Source: Candidatus Muiribacteriota bacterium (GTDB taxonomy: Bacteria > Muiribacteriota > Muiribacteriia > Muiribacteriales > Muiribacteriaceae). From it: DNA of 35,065 bases. The stretch is from contig JBNJGP010000021.1 of assembly GCA_051747805.1 (NCBI GenBank), positions 1-35,065 on the forward strand, given 5' to 3'. This document shows positions 1-9,000 of the stretch, in pieces (the first letter of the stretch is position 1; each line of letters begins with the position of its first letter). The notes under the pieces were generated by a model that was not told where the DNA came from, made no database searches, and worked only from the letters and a program-made list of their open reading frames with translations. The position numbers and the translations under genes are program-made.

Positions 1-76
1 TTTACTGTTATCGTTAGATAACTTTACTATCACCTTTAGGTGATTTTACTAAGCTGAAAGCTTTTTACTTTTAGGT

Positions 77-100
77 AGGCCTTACCACAAAAGCCTTTTT
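77..100 (+). terminator. Possible weak intrinsic terminator-like hairpin within the repeat
   Basis: AGGC (77-80) pairs with GCCT (93-96) and is followed by TTTT. Both arms are conserved in the right copy. The stem is short. Confidence 0.3.
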
Positions 101-108
101 AAAAAATT

Positions 109-117
109 TGCTAAACT
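109..117 (+). promoter_or_regulatory. Putative extended -10 promoter (TGnTAAACT) facing the gene at 151
   Basis: TG-C-TAAACT at 109-117, also present in the right copy. GAGGT RBS-like motif at 136-140. Confidence 0.5.
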
Positions 118-150
118 CAAGTGAATAAATAAACAGAGGTAAAGTTTTAA

Positions 151-978
151 ATGAAAAACAGAAACCAAATAATTATTTTACTTTTAATATTATTTAATTT
201 ATATTCTTTTGCTGAATTTGAGGACGTACAGGTGAGTGTTAAAAATCTGGCGCTTGCTGGCGCAGGATCTGCTTTTTTAGGCGGCGCCGAGACTGTTCAT
301 CTAAATCCAGCAGGCTTGTCCGAAATTAAAGACAGCCAGCTATATAGTTTTCAAACAACAGCTTTTGGAGTAGATGGTCTTGAAACAACTTTTAACGTAA
401 TAGGAAATCATTTTCCGGGAATCGGTGGTTTTGCAGTTTCTTCATTAGATTTTGGTACAGGTAATTATTCTGAAAATCAGTATTCAATAAGCTTTGCACG
501 TAAAATGGTAAATAATACTTCTATTGGGATTAATATAAAGCAGCTGCGCTCAAAAATTATTAATACCGACAACGCAAAGGCAAGCTCTTTTGATATTGGT
601 TTTACTGGGGGGATTGGCGGGGCTACTGAATTTGCAGTTGTTGTTAAAAATTTAAATGCACCAACAGTCAATGATGTAGCTCACAGAATTTTTCAGGTTG
701 GTTTTAAGTATAAAAACAGTGAAAAATCTTATACAGTACTGGATTTTTCAAGAGTATATTCTTATGGAGCCTTAAAAAGTGATACTAGTTTAAGGATGGG
801 TAAAATATTTAGAATGGGTAATAATTTTGAGGTGTTATGCGGGTTTTCAACTAATCCACAAAAAATTACAGGCGGATTTTCCTTTGAAATTGCAGATAAA
901 TGGGTTATTGATTATGCGTTTGATACCCGAACTTATTTATCTCCAACACATGCAGTATCTTTTGGGATGAAACTTTAA
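151..978 (+). CDS. Outer-membrane beta-barrel, PorV/PorQ/UPF0164 (FadL-superfamily)-like
   Basis: Signal peptide; 'ALAGAG...HLNPAGL' motif typical of the FadL/PorV N-terminus; alternating beta-strands; C-terminal strand 'HAVSFGMKL'. Confidence 0.7.
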   Translation: MKNRNQIIILLLILFNLYSFAEFEDVQVSVKNLALAGAGSAFLGGAETVHLNPAGLSEIKDSQLYSFQTTAFGVDGLETTFNVIGNHFPGIGGFAVSSLDFGTGNYSENQYSISFARKMVNNTSIGINIKQLRSKIINTDNAKASSFDIGFTGGIGGATEFAVVVKNLNAPTVNDVAHRIFQVGFKYKNSEKSYTVLDFSRVYSYGALKSDTSLRMGKIFRMGNNFEVLCGFSTNPQKITGGFSFEIADKWVIDYAFDTRTYLSPTHAVSFGMKL

Positions 979-2903
979 TGAATATGAAAAGAATTTTAAT
1001 AATAATGTTAATATTTTTAATAATACCAGTTTCTTCAAAAGTGGATGACAGACTTGATATTAACAGGGCCGGGGCGCGTGATTTTACTATATTGCCTGGA
1101 ATAAATCATGCGCTTGCCAATGAAATTATTGAGTATAGAAGAAATACTGGGGGATTTAAGACTATTGAAGAACTTATACCAATTATTGGAGAAAATATTT
1201 TTGAAAATATAAGATACGATATAATGATTACTCCTTTAGAGGAACTTGAGAAAGGAACTTTATCTGGAAGAATCAGTTTCAGTTTTGCCCGTGATACAGA
1301 TAATCTTGATAGCACGCCTTTTAATATGAGTATAAATTTTAATCAGGGGGAAACTTTTACTGGTTATCTCTCGCAGGATATGTATGAAATATCTTATGGA
1401 CAGACCCGGCTTAAGGATAGTGTAGGACGTTCCTTTACATATTATATTTATGATTATATTCAGGCTGTTGAGGAGAGAAAAGAAATATTTGAGCCTCAGG
1501 TTTTTAAAGTAATCACTGCCGAAGAACAGAGGGATAAATTTGCCGAAATAACAGAAGAACTTTCCCGGAAATATGGAGCAAGATTAAGTATTAAAGATGA
1601 TGACAGGTATGTTAAAGGACATTTTGAGTCAAACCCCTCCTATATAGATTATTTCAAACATCCAGAAACTCGTAGCAGTGCTGTATCAGAAGAGGAAGAA
1701 CTTCCTCTTTATATAATAGATGAAGTTGAGTATACCAGACAGAATAAAGAAAGGGTTGAAAATATTATTGATGAAAAAGAATTTGAAGAAATAGCCGAGG
1801 AAGAAGAGGCAAAAAGAAATATTAAAAGAGTATTAAGACATAAATTTGATTTGGGTGATATATCTTCACCATATGTTAGGGCTGCAAGATATTCTCCACG
1901 CGGACTGGGTTTTTCCTATGAAACATATTTTGATGATAACGATCTTCAGTTATTTTATATTGACGCCGAGTTTAGAGATTATATAAATCCTCTTTATGGA
2001 ATGAAGTTTGAAAGGGATATTGATGATACGCGTGTGGGAACTATGCTTTACAGACTTTCTTATAATGAATATGGAAATAATTTTGACCACTTTATGCTTT
2101 TTGGAGAAAAAAGTATTGACAGTAATACAAATTTATATATGGAATACGGTACTGTTTTTAATAAAGTTGATTCCTATTATGTAAGGGCAGATACAAGATA
2201 TAATAATATAAACATTAGAAAAACTCTTGATGTAAAAAAGGCAAGTTATGATAATCAGAATGACCTTGAACCTTTTGGCACTTTTTACTGGTCGGTTCCT
2301 GTCGCTGTTGACTCTATAAATCCGAGTATAAGGCTGGATTATTTTCTTCCAGACAAAAATAGACTTATAATAGATCGTTCCTATCTTGAAAGTTCAAACT
2401 ATGATTCTCAGGGGAGATTAAGAGAAAGTAACTCTACATCAACCTCGTTTACCTACAGATATAATCCAAGTGATAATATTCGTACAGACTGGACGCTTTC
2501 TTTTGATGAACAGACTCGAAAAGGACAGGGGGGTTGGAGTGACGGTGAAAGACTTGAATATACTACTGGGTCAATTTTGTTCAGGTATTCTCCTGACAGA
2601 GATTTAACTTTAAGTGCTGGTTTTGACCGTGAAAGTGATAATGAAAGTGCTGGAAATTATTTAAATGAGTTTGACTACCGTCTTTTTTACAGATTACATG
2701 ATACAACAACAGTGCGACTTGAAACCACGGCAGAACGACCACCCGGGCAATCAAAATTCCGTGAAATAAGATTTCAGATGGACCATGATTTTTCATCTGA
2801 TTTAAGTATGAGGTTCAAAAACCGAAGACAGTTTACAAATAGCTCCAGCGGAGAGCGCAGTTACTACAGATGGACAGAGTTAAGTTTCAGATATAATTTT
2901 TAG
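978..2903 (+). CDS. ComEA-type helix-hairpin-helix domain fused to a probable outer-membrane beta-barrel
   Basis: Signal peptide; 'LDINRA...ILPGINHALANEIIEYRRNTGGFKTIEEL' is a ComEA HhH motif; aromatic-rich beta-strands ending in 'ELSFRYNF'; TAATG overlap with the upstream gene. Confidence 0.75.
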   Translation: MNMKRILIIMLIFLIIPVSSKVDDRLDINRAGARDFTILPGINHALANEIIEYRRNTGGFKTIEELIPIIGENIFENIRYDIMITPLEELEKGTLSGRISFSFARDTDNLDSTPFNMSINFNQGETFTGYLSQDMYEISYGQTRLKDSVGRSFTYYIYDYIQAVEERKEIFEPQVFKVITAEEQRDKFAEITEELSRKYGARLSIKDDDRYVKGHFESNPSYIDYFKHPETRSSAVSEEEELPLYIIDEVEYTRQNKERVENIIDEKEFEEIAEEEEAKRNIKRVLRHKFDLGDISSPYVRAARYSPRGLGFSYETYFDDNDLQLFYIDAEFRDYINPLYGMKFERDIDDTRVGTMLYRLSYNEYGNNFDHFMLFGEKSIDSNTNLYMEYGTVFNKVDSYYVRADTRYNNINIRKTLDVKKASYDNQNDLEPFGTFYWSVPVAVDSINPSIRLDYFLPDKNRLIIDRSYLESSNYDSQGRLRESNSTSTSFTYRYNPSDNIRTDWTLSFDEQTRKGQGGWSDGERLEYTTGSILFRYSPDRDLTLSAGFDRESDNESAGNYLNEFDYRLFYRLHDTTTVRLETTAERPPGQSKFREIRFQMDHDFSSDLSMRFKNRRQFTNSSSGERSYYRWTELSFRYNF

Positions 2904-2911
2904 GAGGATTT

Positions 2912-3358
2912 ATGACAGGTGTTATACAGAGAGTTCTCTGGAGCACTCTAGCAGTTAATGAAAAAGAATTTTCCTCTATTCAGAATGGAATTCTCCTTCT
3001 TTTAGGAGTGGAAAAAAATGACTCAGATACCGATATGTACTATGTGGCCGATAAAGTAGTAAATTTACGAATTTTTGAGGATGAAAATAAAAAAATGAAT
3101 TTATCTCTGCTGGATAAAGGGTTTGAGCTTATGGTAGTGTCACAGTTTACATTGGCAGGTGATACCAAAAAAGGTAGAAGACCTAGTTTTTCAAATGCTA
3201 TGAGTCCTGCTCAGGCAGATAAAATTTATAAAAAGTTTGTAGAGTATATAAAACAGAAATTTAAAATTAATGTAAAAACAGGAGTTTTTGGCGGAGAAAT
3301 GAAAATTTCTCTTATAAATGATGGACCAGTTACTTTTATAATTGATTCAAAAAAATAA
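2912..3358 (+). CDS. dtd: D-aminoacyl-tRNA deacylase
   Basis: VIQRV, LRIFED, SQFTL and NDGPVT motifs; AGGAGG RBS at 2902-2907. Confidence 0.96.
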   Translation: MTGVIQRVLWSTLAVNEKEFSSIQNGILLLLGVEKNDSDTDMYYVADKVVNLRIFEDENKKMNLSLLDKGFELMVVSQFTLAGDTKKGRRPSFSNAMSPAQADKIYKKFVEYIKQKFKINVKTGVFGGEMKISLINDGPVTFIIDSKK

Positions 3359-3368
3359 AGGGGGCTTA

Positions 3369-3746
3369 ATGTATTGTTCAAATTGTAAGGTGAATTATAA
3401 GGAAGATATAAAAGAGTGTATAAACTGCGGGGAAAGTTTGAGTTCTGGTATTGTGTGTATTGATTGTGGAACTGTAAATAGAGAAAAGGCGTCTGTATGT
3501 AATTTATGCGGTTACATTTTTGACAGGGCAAGAAAAATAGTAAAAAACATTGAAAGACAGAAAAAAAATAATCTTGAAATGAAAGAATATAAAAAAATCT
3601 GTAAAAATGGTCATGTAAATGACATAAACAGGATATTCTGCAGTGAATGTGGCTCAACCCTTAAATATGTTCATCAGAAAGATATAAAGAAATTTGCAGG
3701 AAATAGATGGGGAATTCTTAGAAGCATTATTAATATGATTTCTTGA
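3369..3746 (+). CDS. Zinc-ribbon repeat protein (three predicted Zn sites)
   Basis: CSNC/CINC, CIDC/CNLC and CKNGH/CSEC pairs. ATG at 3369 follows a G-rich RBS, so it is preferred over the ORF-track start at 3342. Confidence 0.75.
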   Translation: MYCSNCKVNYKEDIKECINCGESLSSGIVCIDCGTVNREKASVCNLCGYIFDRARKIVKNIERQKKNNLEMKEYKKICKNGHVNDINRIFCSECGSTLKYVHQKDIKKFAGNRWGILRSIINMIS

Positions 3747-3771
3747 TTTATATGTTTTTTTAGGCTAAACT
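3743..3771 (+). promoter_or_regulatory. Putative sigma70 promoter
   Basis: TTGATT (3743-3748), 17-nt spacer, TAAACT (3766-3771). ATG follows after 8 nt with no SD. Confidence 0.45.
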
Positions 3772-3779
3772 ATTTTTTA

Positions 3780-6032
3780 ATGAAAAAAAATTTCAATTTT
3801 TATATAAATAAAACTGTTATTTCTTTTATATTTCTAATTGTATTTATTACTCCCCTGATGTTTTCAAAACACACAAAACAGAATTTTTTAGAGGCAAAGG
3901 AATTTTTCCTTATTTTTTCTGTTTCTCTGTTGCTGTTTTTAAATATTTTATATCTTATATCCAGAAAAAGTGATACAGATTTTTTTAAAACTCCACTTGC
4001 GAGACTTATTTTTGCCTTTATTATTTCAATGTTTATTTCAATGATAAATTCTCCGAATTTAAGCATGAGTGTTGACCGTTTTCTAAGAGTTATTATTTAC
4101 TATATAGTTGTATGGACGGCTTATGAAAATATTAAGGATTTTAGGAATTTATCAAACCTTTTCTTTGTTGGTATTTTAACTGGGGGGATTGTATCATTAT
4201 ATGGTATTTTTCAATATTTTGGGATTGATCCTTTTTTTCCCCCAGGTTTTGTTCAGGGCAACGTGGGTAGGTTACGGATTTTTTCTACTTTTGGAAATCC
4301 AAATTTTCTTGCCGATTATTTAGTGCTTCCTTTTCCAATTGCCTTTATGTATTTTGTACAATATTCAAAAAGCTGGAAGGGTAAACTCTCTGGTATTAGT
4401 TTTATTTTAATGTCGATAGTTATTTTATTTACCAGGACAAGAGGGGCCTGGTTAGGCGCTGTTTTTGCTTTTCTTTATATTACAGGTGTTATTTTTATAT
4501 ATAAAAAAGAAATATTTTTTAAAATCTTAAAATATTTTGCCTATATTTTCGCTTCTCTTATTATAATTGCAATTTTACTCTTTACTGTAAAAAATACTCG
4601 TGAACCTATGCTGGAAATGAGCGAGACAGTTCTTGAAAGGTTCACATCTTCAAGCACTGCCCTTCAGAGAATTCTAATGTGGCGAGTATCTCTTGAAGCC
4701 TGGAAGGATAAGCCGATAATTGGGCAGGGACTTCATTCTTTTAAGGTTTTTTATTCTGATTATCAGAATAAATATTTTGAGGATTTTTCGGCGGAAACCG
4801 GTAAACCTCCATGGGAACACTGGCTTGCTGATTCTGCCGTGGATTTCAGGCATGCCCATAATGATTTTGTTCAGACGCTTTCTGAGCAGGGTCTTTTAGG
4901 TTTTGTGATATTCTGTATGTTTTTTATTGTTTCTTTTTATAACGGTACTCGACTTCTTAAAAAAGATAAAACTTTTTATTTTAATCTTGGGCTGAATGCC
5001 TCTCTTGTCTGTGTAGGGGTAGAGGCTGTGTTTAATTTTCCTTTTCATCGAGCCGCCCCATATTTAACTGCGATGCTCGTTATGATGGCTATACAATGGC
5101 AGTTTAGAAAAGAGGATAAAATTAATAAAAATTTAATTGAAAAAAATAAAATACTGGCCATTTTTTTTATTATTCTAACTTTAGGCGTAACAGTAAAAGG
5201 TTTTTATAAAGGATATTTAAAAGCGGCGGCCTCTGTATATCATAAAGCGGGACATATGAATATAACCCAGCGAAATAATCCCGAGAAGGCACAAAAATTA
5301 CTTCAAAAATCAATAGAGTTTGACAATAGCGATGGGGAGGCGTTTTACTGGTATGGTTATTCCCTCTATCTTCAGGAAAAGTTTGAAGAAGCAGATAAAG
5401 TTTTTGAAAAATCTTTAAATTTCAGCCATAATAAATTAATTCATCTTCATCTTGCTATAATTAATATGAGAAAGCAAAATTTTGAAAAAGCTAAAAAACA
5501 TCTTAACTTCTTAAAATACAGTGACCCCCTCAATCCTTATGCTTATTATTATCATTATACTATTAACTCCTTAAGAGAAAATGAAAATAAATATGATTAT
5601 CTTAAAACAGCTGTTTTATTAAATGAATATAAAGCCGATTCTATTAATGAAGCATTATTCAGTGAAGGAATAAAGGGTGAAAATGAGTATTTAACAAATA
5701 GACTATGGGAAGAAACTCCTTTTGATATTTATGATGAAGTTAAACTGACCATGATTTTTAATCTTCATTTTGATAAACTCCAGTTAGAAAGAAAAACAGA
5801 ATTAATTGAAGTTCTGCTGGAAAAAAATGTTAGATTAAATTTACGTTTTAAAATTATTAAAACAGCTTTAGAATATGAACTTTTTCAGCTGGCCTCAGAA
5901 GAGCTTGATGAAATAATTAAAGATAATCCTAATCTTTCAGAACCTTATTTTTTATATGCTGAGTTAATGGAAGAAAAAGGAAATGAAAAAAAGGCTCGTG
6001 AGTATAGAGAAATATATGAAAGAATTAAATAA
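3780..6032 (+). CDS. O-antigen ligase / O-oligosaccharyltransferase family (Wzy_C) membrane protein with C-terminal TPRs
   Basis: Many TM segments; 'STFGNPNFLA', 'TRTRGAW', 'R..MW...PIIGQG' and 'HAHNDFVQTLSEQGLLG' motifs; TPR-like helices after about aa 480. Confidence 0.85.
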   Translation: MKKNFNFYINKTVISFIFLIVFITPLMFSKHTKQNFLEAKEFFLIFSVSLLLFLNILYLISRKSDTDFFKTPLARLIFAFIISMFISMINSPNLSMSVDRFLRVIIYYIVVWTAYENIKDFRNLSNLFFVGILTGGIVSLYGIFQYFGIDPFFPPGFVQGNVGRLRIFSTFGNPNFLADYLVLPFPIAFMYFVQYSKSWKGKLSGISFILMSIVILFTRTRGAWLGAVFAFLYITGVIFIYKKEIFFKILKYFAYIFASLIIIAILLFTVKNTREPMLEMSETVLERFTSSSTALQRILMWRVSLEAWKDKPIIGQGLHSFKVFYSDYQNKYFEDFSAETGKPPWEHWLADSAVDFRHAHNDFVQTLSEQGLLGFVIFCMFFIVSFYNGTRLLKKDKTFYFNLGLNASLVCVGVEAVFNFPFHRAAPYLTAMLVMMAIQWQFRKEDKINKNLIEKNKILAIFFIILTLGVTVKGFYKGYLKAAASVYHKAGHMNITQRNNPEKAQKLLQKSIEFDNSDGEAFYWYGYSLYLQEKFEEADKVFEKSLNFSHNKLIHLHLAIINMRKQNFEKAKKHLNFLKYSDPLNPYAYYYHYTINSLRENENKYDYLKTAVLLNEYKADSINEALFSEGIKGENEYLTNRLWEETPFDIYDEVKLTMIFNLHFDKLQLERKTELIEVLLEKNVRLNLRFKIIKTALEYELFQLASEELDEIIKDNPNLSEPYFLYAELMEEKGNEKKAREYREIYERIK

Positions 6033-9000
6033 AGTTTATTATTTACTGATTTTCGTTTTTATTTTTTCAACATCCTTATTTTCATCAGAATATAATAAAA
6101 TTATAAATATTTATATAGAAAAAAACGATTTTGAAAGTGCACGTAGATATATGAATTTAGTTAAAAATTTCGATGAAAAACTTACGGTAGAACAAGTTCT
6201 TCTGGACTTTAAAATTAATAAATATTTTAAAAAAAACCGCTCTGAATACCTTGAATATATGAGAGATAATTATACTGCATATAAATATCCTGAACTTCTA
6301 CGCGAAATAATCAAGCTTCAGTCAGAAAATTATTTTAATTTTGAAAAACTTGAACTTTTATTAAAAAATACGCTTAAAGATTTTCCGGAAAATTTTAATT
6401 TTTCATACTTTACAACAATTCCATTTTACTATTCTTCTGGAATGAATATTATGGAATCTAATAAGTATCGCCTTGAATTAAAGAAATACCTGAAGCTTTA
6501 TGATGATGATTTCACTTCAACTGCTGCCCAGAAATATTCGTTTTTAATGGCTTTTGAATTTTCTAAAACAGATAAAGCTTCTGAAATGGCAAAAGATTTT
6601 AACTTTCCTTTCAGGGATGAGTTCTTATGGTACCTGGATTTTTTTTATAATAACAGGGAAAATGGGATTAATTTCAAAAGTTTTGAAAGTAATTTTTTTA
6701 AAGTTTTTTTTCTTTTTTCTAATTATTACTTTAATAATTCAGAATCTTTAGAATCACTGGAAAGGCTTGAGGTAGAAAAAGATTTTTATTATAAAGAGCT
6801 TGCACTTGCAGTAGCTTTTGAGCGTGAAAAGGACTTTGAAAAGGCTTTATATTATTATTCAAGGCTGGATTCGATTTTTGAGCTTGAAGAAGAGCTTGAA
6901 AACAGGGTTACGGCATCAATTAACCGACTTAAACTTAATCATTCTAAAGAATACTGGTTAAGAAGAATAGAAGAACTGCTTGAAAAGCATTATTTTGAAA
7001 AATCATTTTATTTAACAGAGTTTCTTTCTGAAGAAAAAAAAATATATTACAGGGCAAGAATTTTATTTTATTATTATAATAATTATGAAAAGGCTTTGAA
7101 TATTATTAATAAAAGTGATATTTCATCTATAGAGATAAAATATTTAAAGGGTGAGATTCTATTCAGCAGTTTTCAATATGAAAAAGCTGTTTCAATTTTT
7201 GAAGATATTGCTTTGGACCAGGGTTCTAAGTATTTTGAATCCGCTGTATCAAAAATATCTGATATATATAAAATTCAGAAAAAATATGAAAAAATGGAAA
7301 AATTTTCTGTGAGGCTTTATGAAGAACATGGTCAGAAAATTTTTGTTGGAAATACTTTTTTAAACCTGATAAAAGCCTATATAGAAATCGAAAATTTTGA
7401 AAGAGCTTCCCGCGTGGCCGAATACCTTCTTTATATGTTTTCCTCTAATGAAGAAATTTTTAACAAAGCTTATCAGAAATTAAATGAAATTTCTTCATTA
7501 AAAGAGATGAATAAACTTTCGGAAAAATTTAACAATTATTTAAGAAAAATAAAAAGTGAAGCTAAAAAAGATGAAGAAGAAGTTTCAGAAGAAACTGAAA
7601 AAACTGAGGTTAAAAATGACGCTGAAGGAGAGGAAAAATCAATAGATGAAATAAAGAATGAAATAATTCCGATTTTAAGTAGATATATAGAACTTTTTAA
7701 TAAATATTCAACTTTTGAGGAAAAAAGAAGTTTTTATGAAGAACTGATAAATGATTCGTATGAGATAGAAAATAATACTATGCGTTCAATTGGAATTGTT
7801 GGGATGGCTGAAACGGCCTATAAACGTTTTAAAGATTTAGATAATATTTTAAATTACTTTTATGAAATGATAAAAAAAAGCGTTAGAAAAGATGAGGAGA
7901 ATTTAGACAGGGCTACTGATTTTTATCAGGAAATAGTTTCTTTTTTATATGAAAAAGATTATATAGAGGAAAGTCTTCAGGTAATAGATAATTTTTATAG
8001 AGAATTTGATGAAAACTTTGAATACACCGAATTAATAAAAAGAAGAGTTTCTCTTGCAATTCAAATTGATGATATTGACTTAAGCAGTCTTAAAATTATT
8101 GCAGAGCAGGAACCTGATTATGTAGATTCTTTTGTTATGGAAAATGAAATTTTTTCAGATGAAAAAATTGTAAAAGCAAATTTTTTTAAAAAGCTAAATC
8201 GTTCTAGTGAGAAATATAAGGAGTTTAATGAATTAGATAAAACAGATGAGATATTTGAATTTTATAAAAACAATCAGTTGTTTAAAAAAATATCTGAGGA
8301 TTATGGAATTTTTATAAATGAATTCAGCGACAGCTATGAAGTTTATCATACCTGCAGAGAAGCTTTACATGAAGTTGAGGATATGACCGGACTTGAAAAT
8401 GTCTTAATTCTTGGATTAAACCGTTTTGACAGGGAATTTGTCCGGGATTTTGATAAAGAAATTATTTTAAGTTACAGTATTGAAAACCACCCGTATGAAA
8501 AAACACTCTCTCTTTTTGAAACTTTTTCTCCACTGTCTTCAAATTTATTGAAAGAACTTTCTTTAAGCGAGTTTTCAAAAGAGGGTGTTGAAGAAATTTT
8601 CAATTATAATAAACAAAGTGAATTTCTTCAGACATATTTATGTGATATATACCTTCAAAATGGCAATACAAAAAAACTTGAAAAAATTTCCACAATTAAT
8701 GAAGAGTTATTTATTAAAATATTAAACCATTATAAGAATAAACAGGATTACATACTTTTTGAACACTTTTACAATATAGCTTCAAATAATATTCAGGAAA
8801 AATATAAAGAAGTTTATGAAACATATATGGAATATATAGAGTTAAAAAACAGGTTTAATAATGTTATTTTAGATAATTATACAATTGCCTATACTTTAAT
8901 TGATAAAGCGATGTATCTTAATTTATATGGAGAGGCGCTTGATTTTGTTTATGTGATAGAGAATATTACAAATCAGGACTTGTCTCAGAAAGAACAGGAA

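Larger units (their letters stand above)
5..122. repeat. Left copy of a ~118 bp element repeated in inverted orientation at the other end of the window; hairpin array with TTTACT linkers
   Basis: Matches the reverse complement of 34951-35065: identical over 5-73, substitutions at 74 and 83, and a 3-nt difference in the A tract at 101-106. Probably continues beyond the window edge. Confidence 0.95.

Noticed and set aside
13..19. Integron attC core GTTRRRY (GTTAGAT)
   Set aside because: A 7-mer match only, with no visible attC partner boxes, no integrase, and core downstream genes rather than cassettes.
1..69. CRISPR or TIGR-type array
   Set aside because: The constant part is only 6 nt and the variable parts are the palindromes, the reverse of CRISPR organisation. 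No cas or tas genes are in the window.
74..86. Hairpin GGTA-GGCCT-TACC
   Set aside because: Both substitutions in the right copy break this pairing, so it is not conserved.
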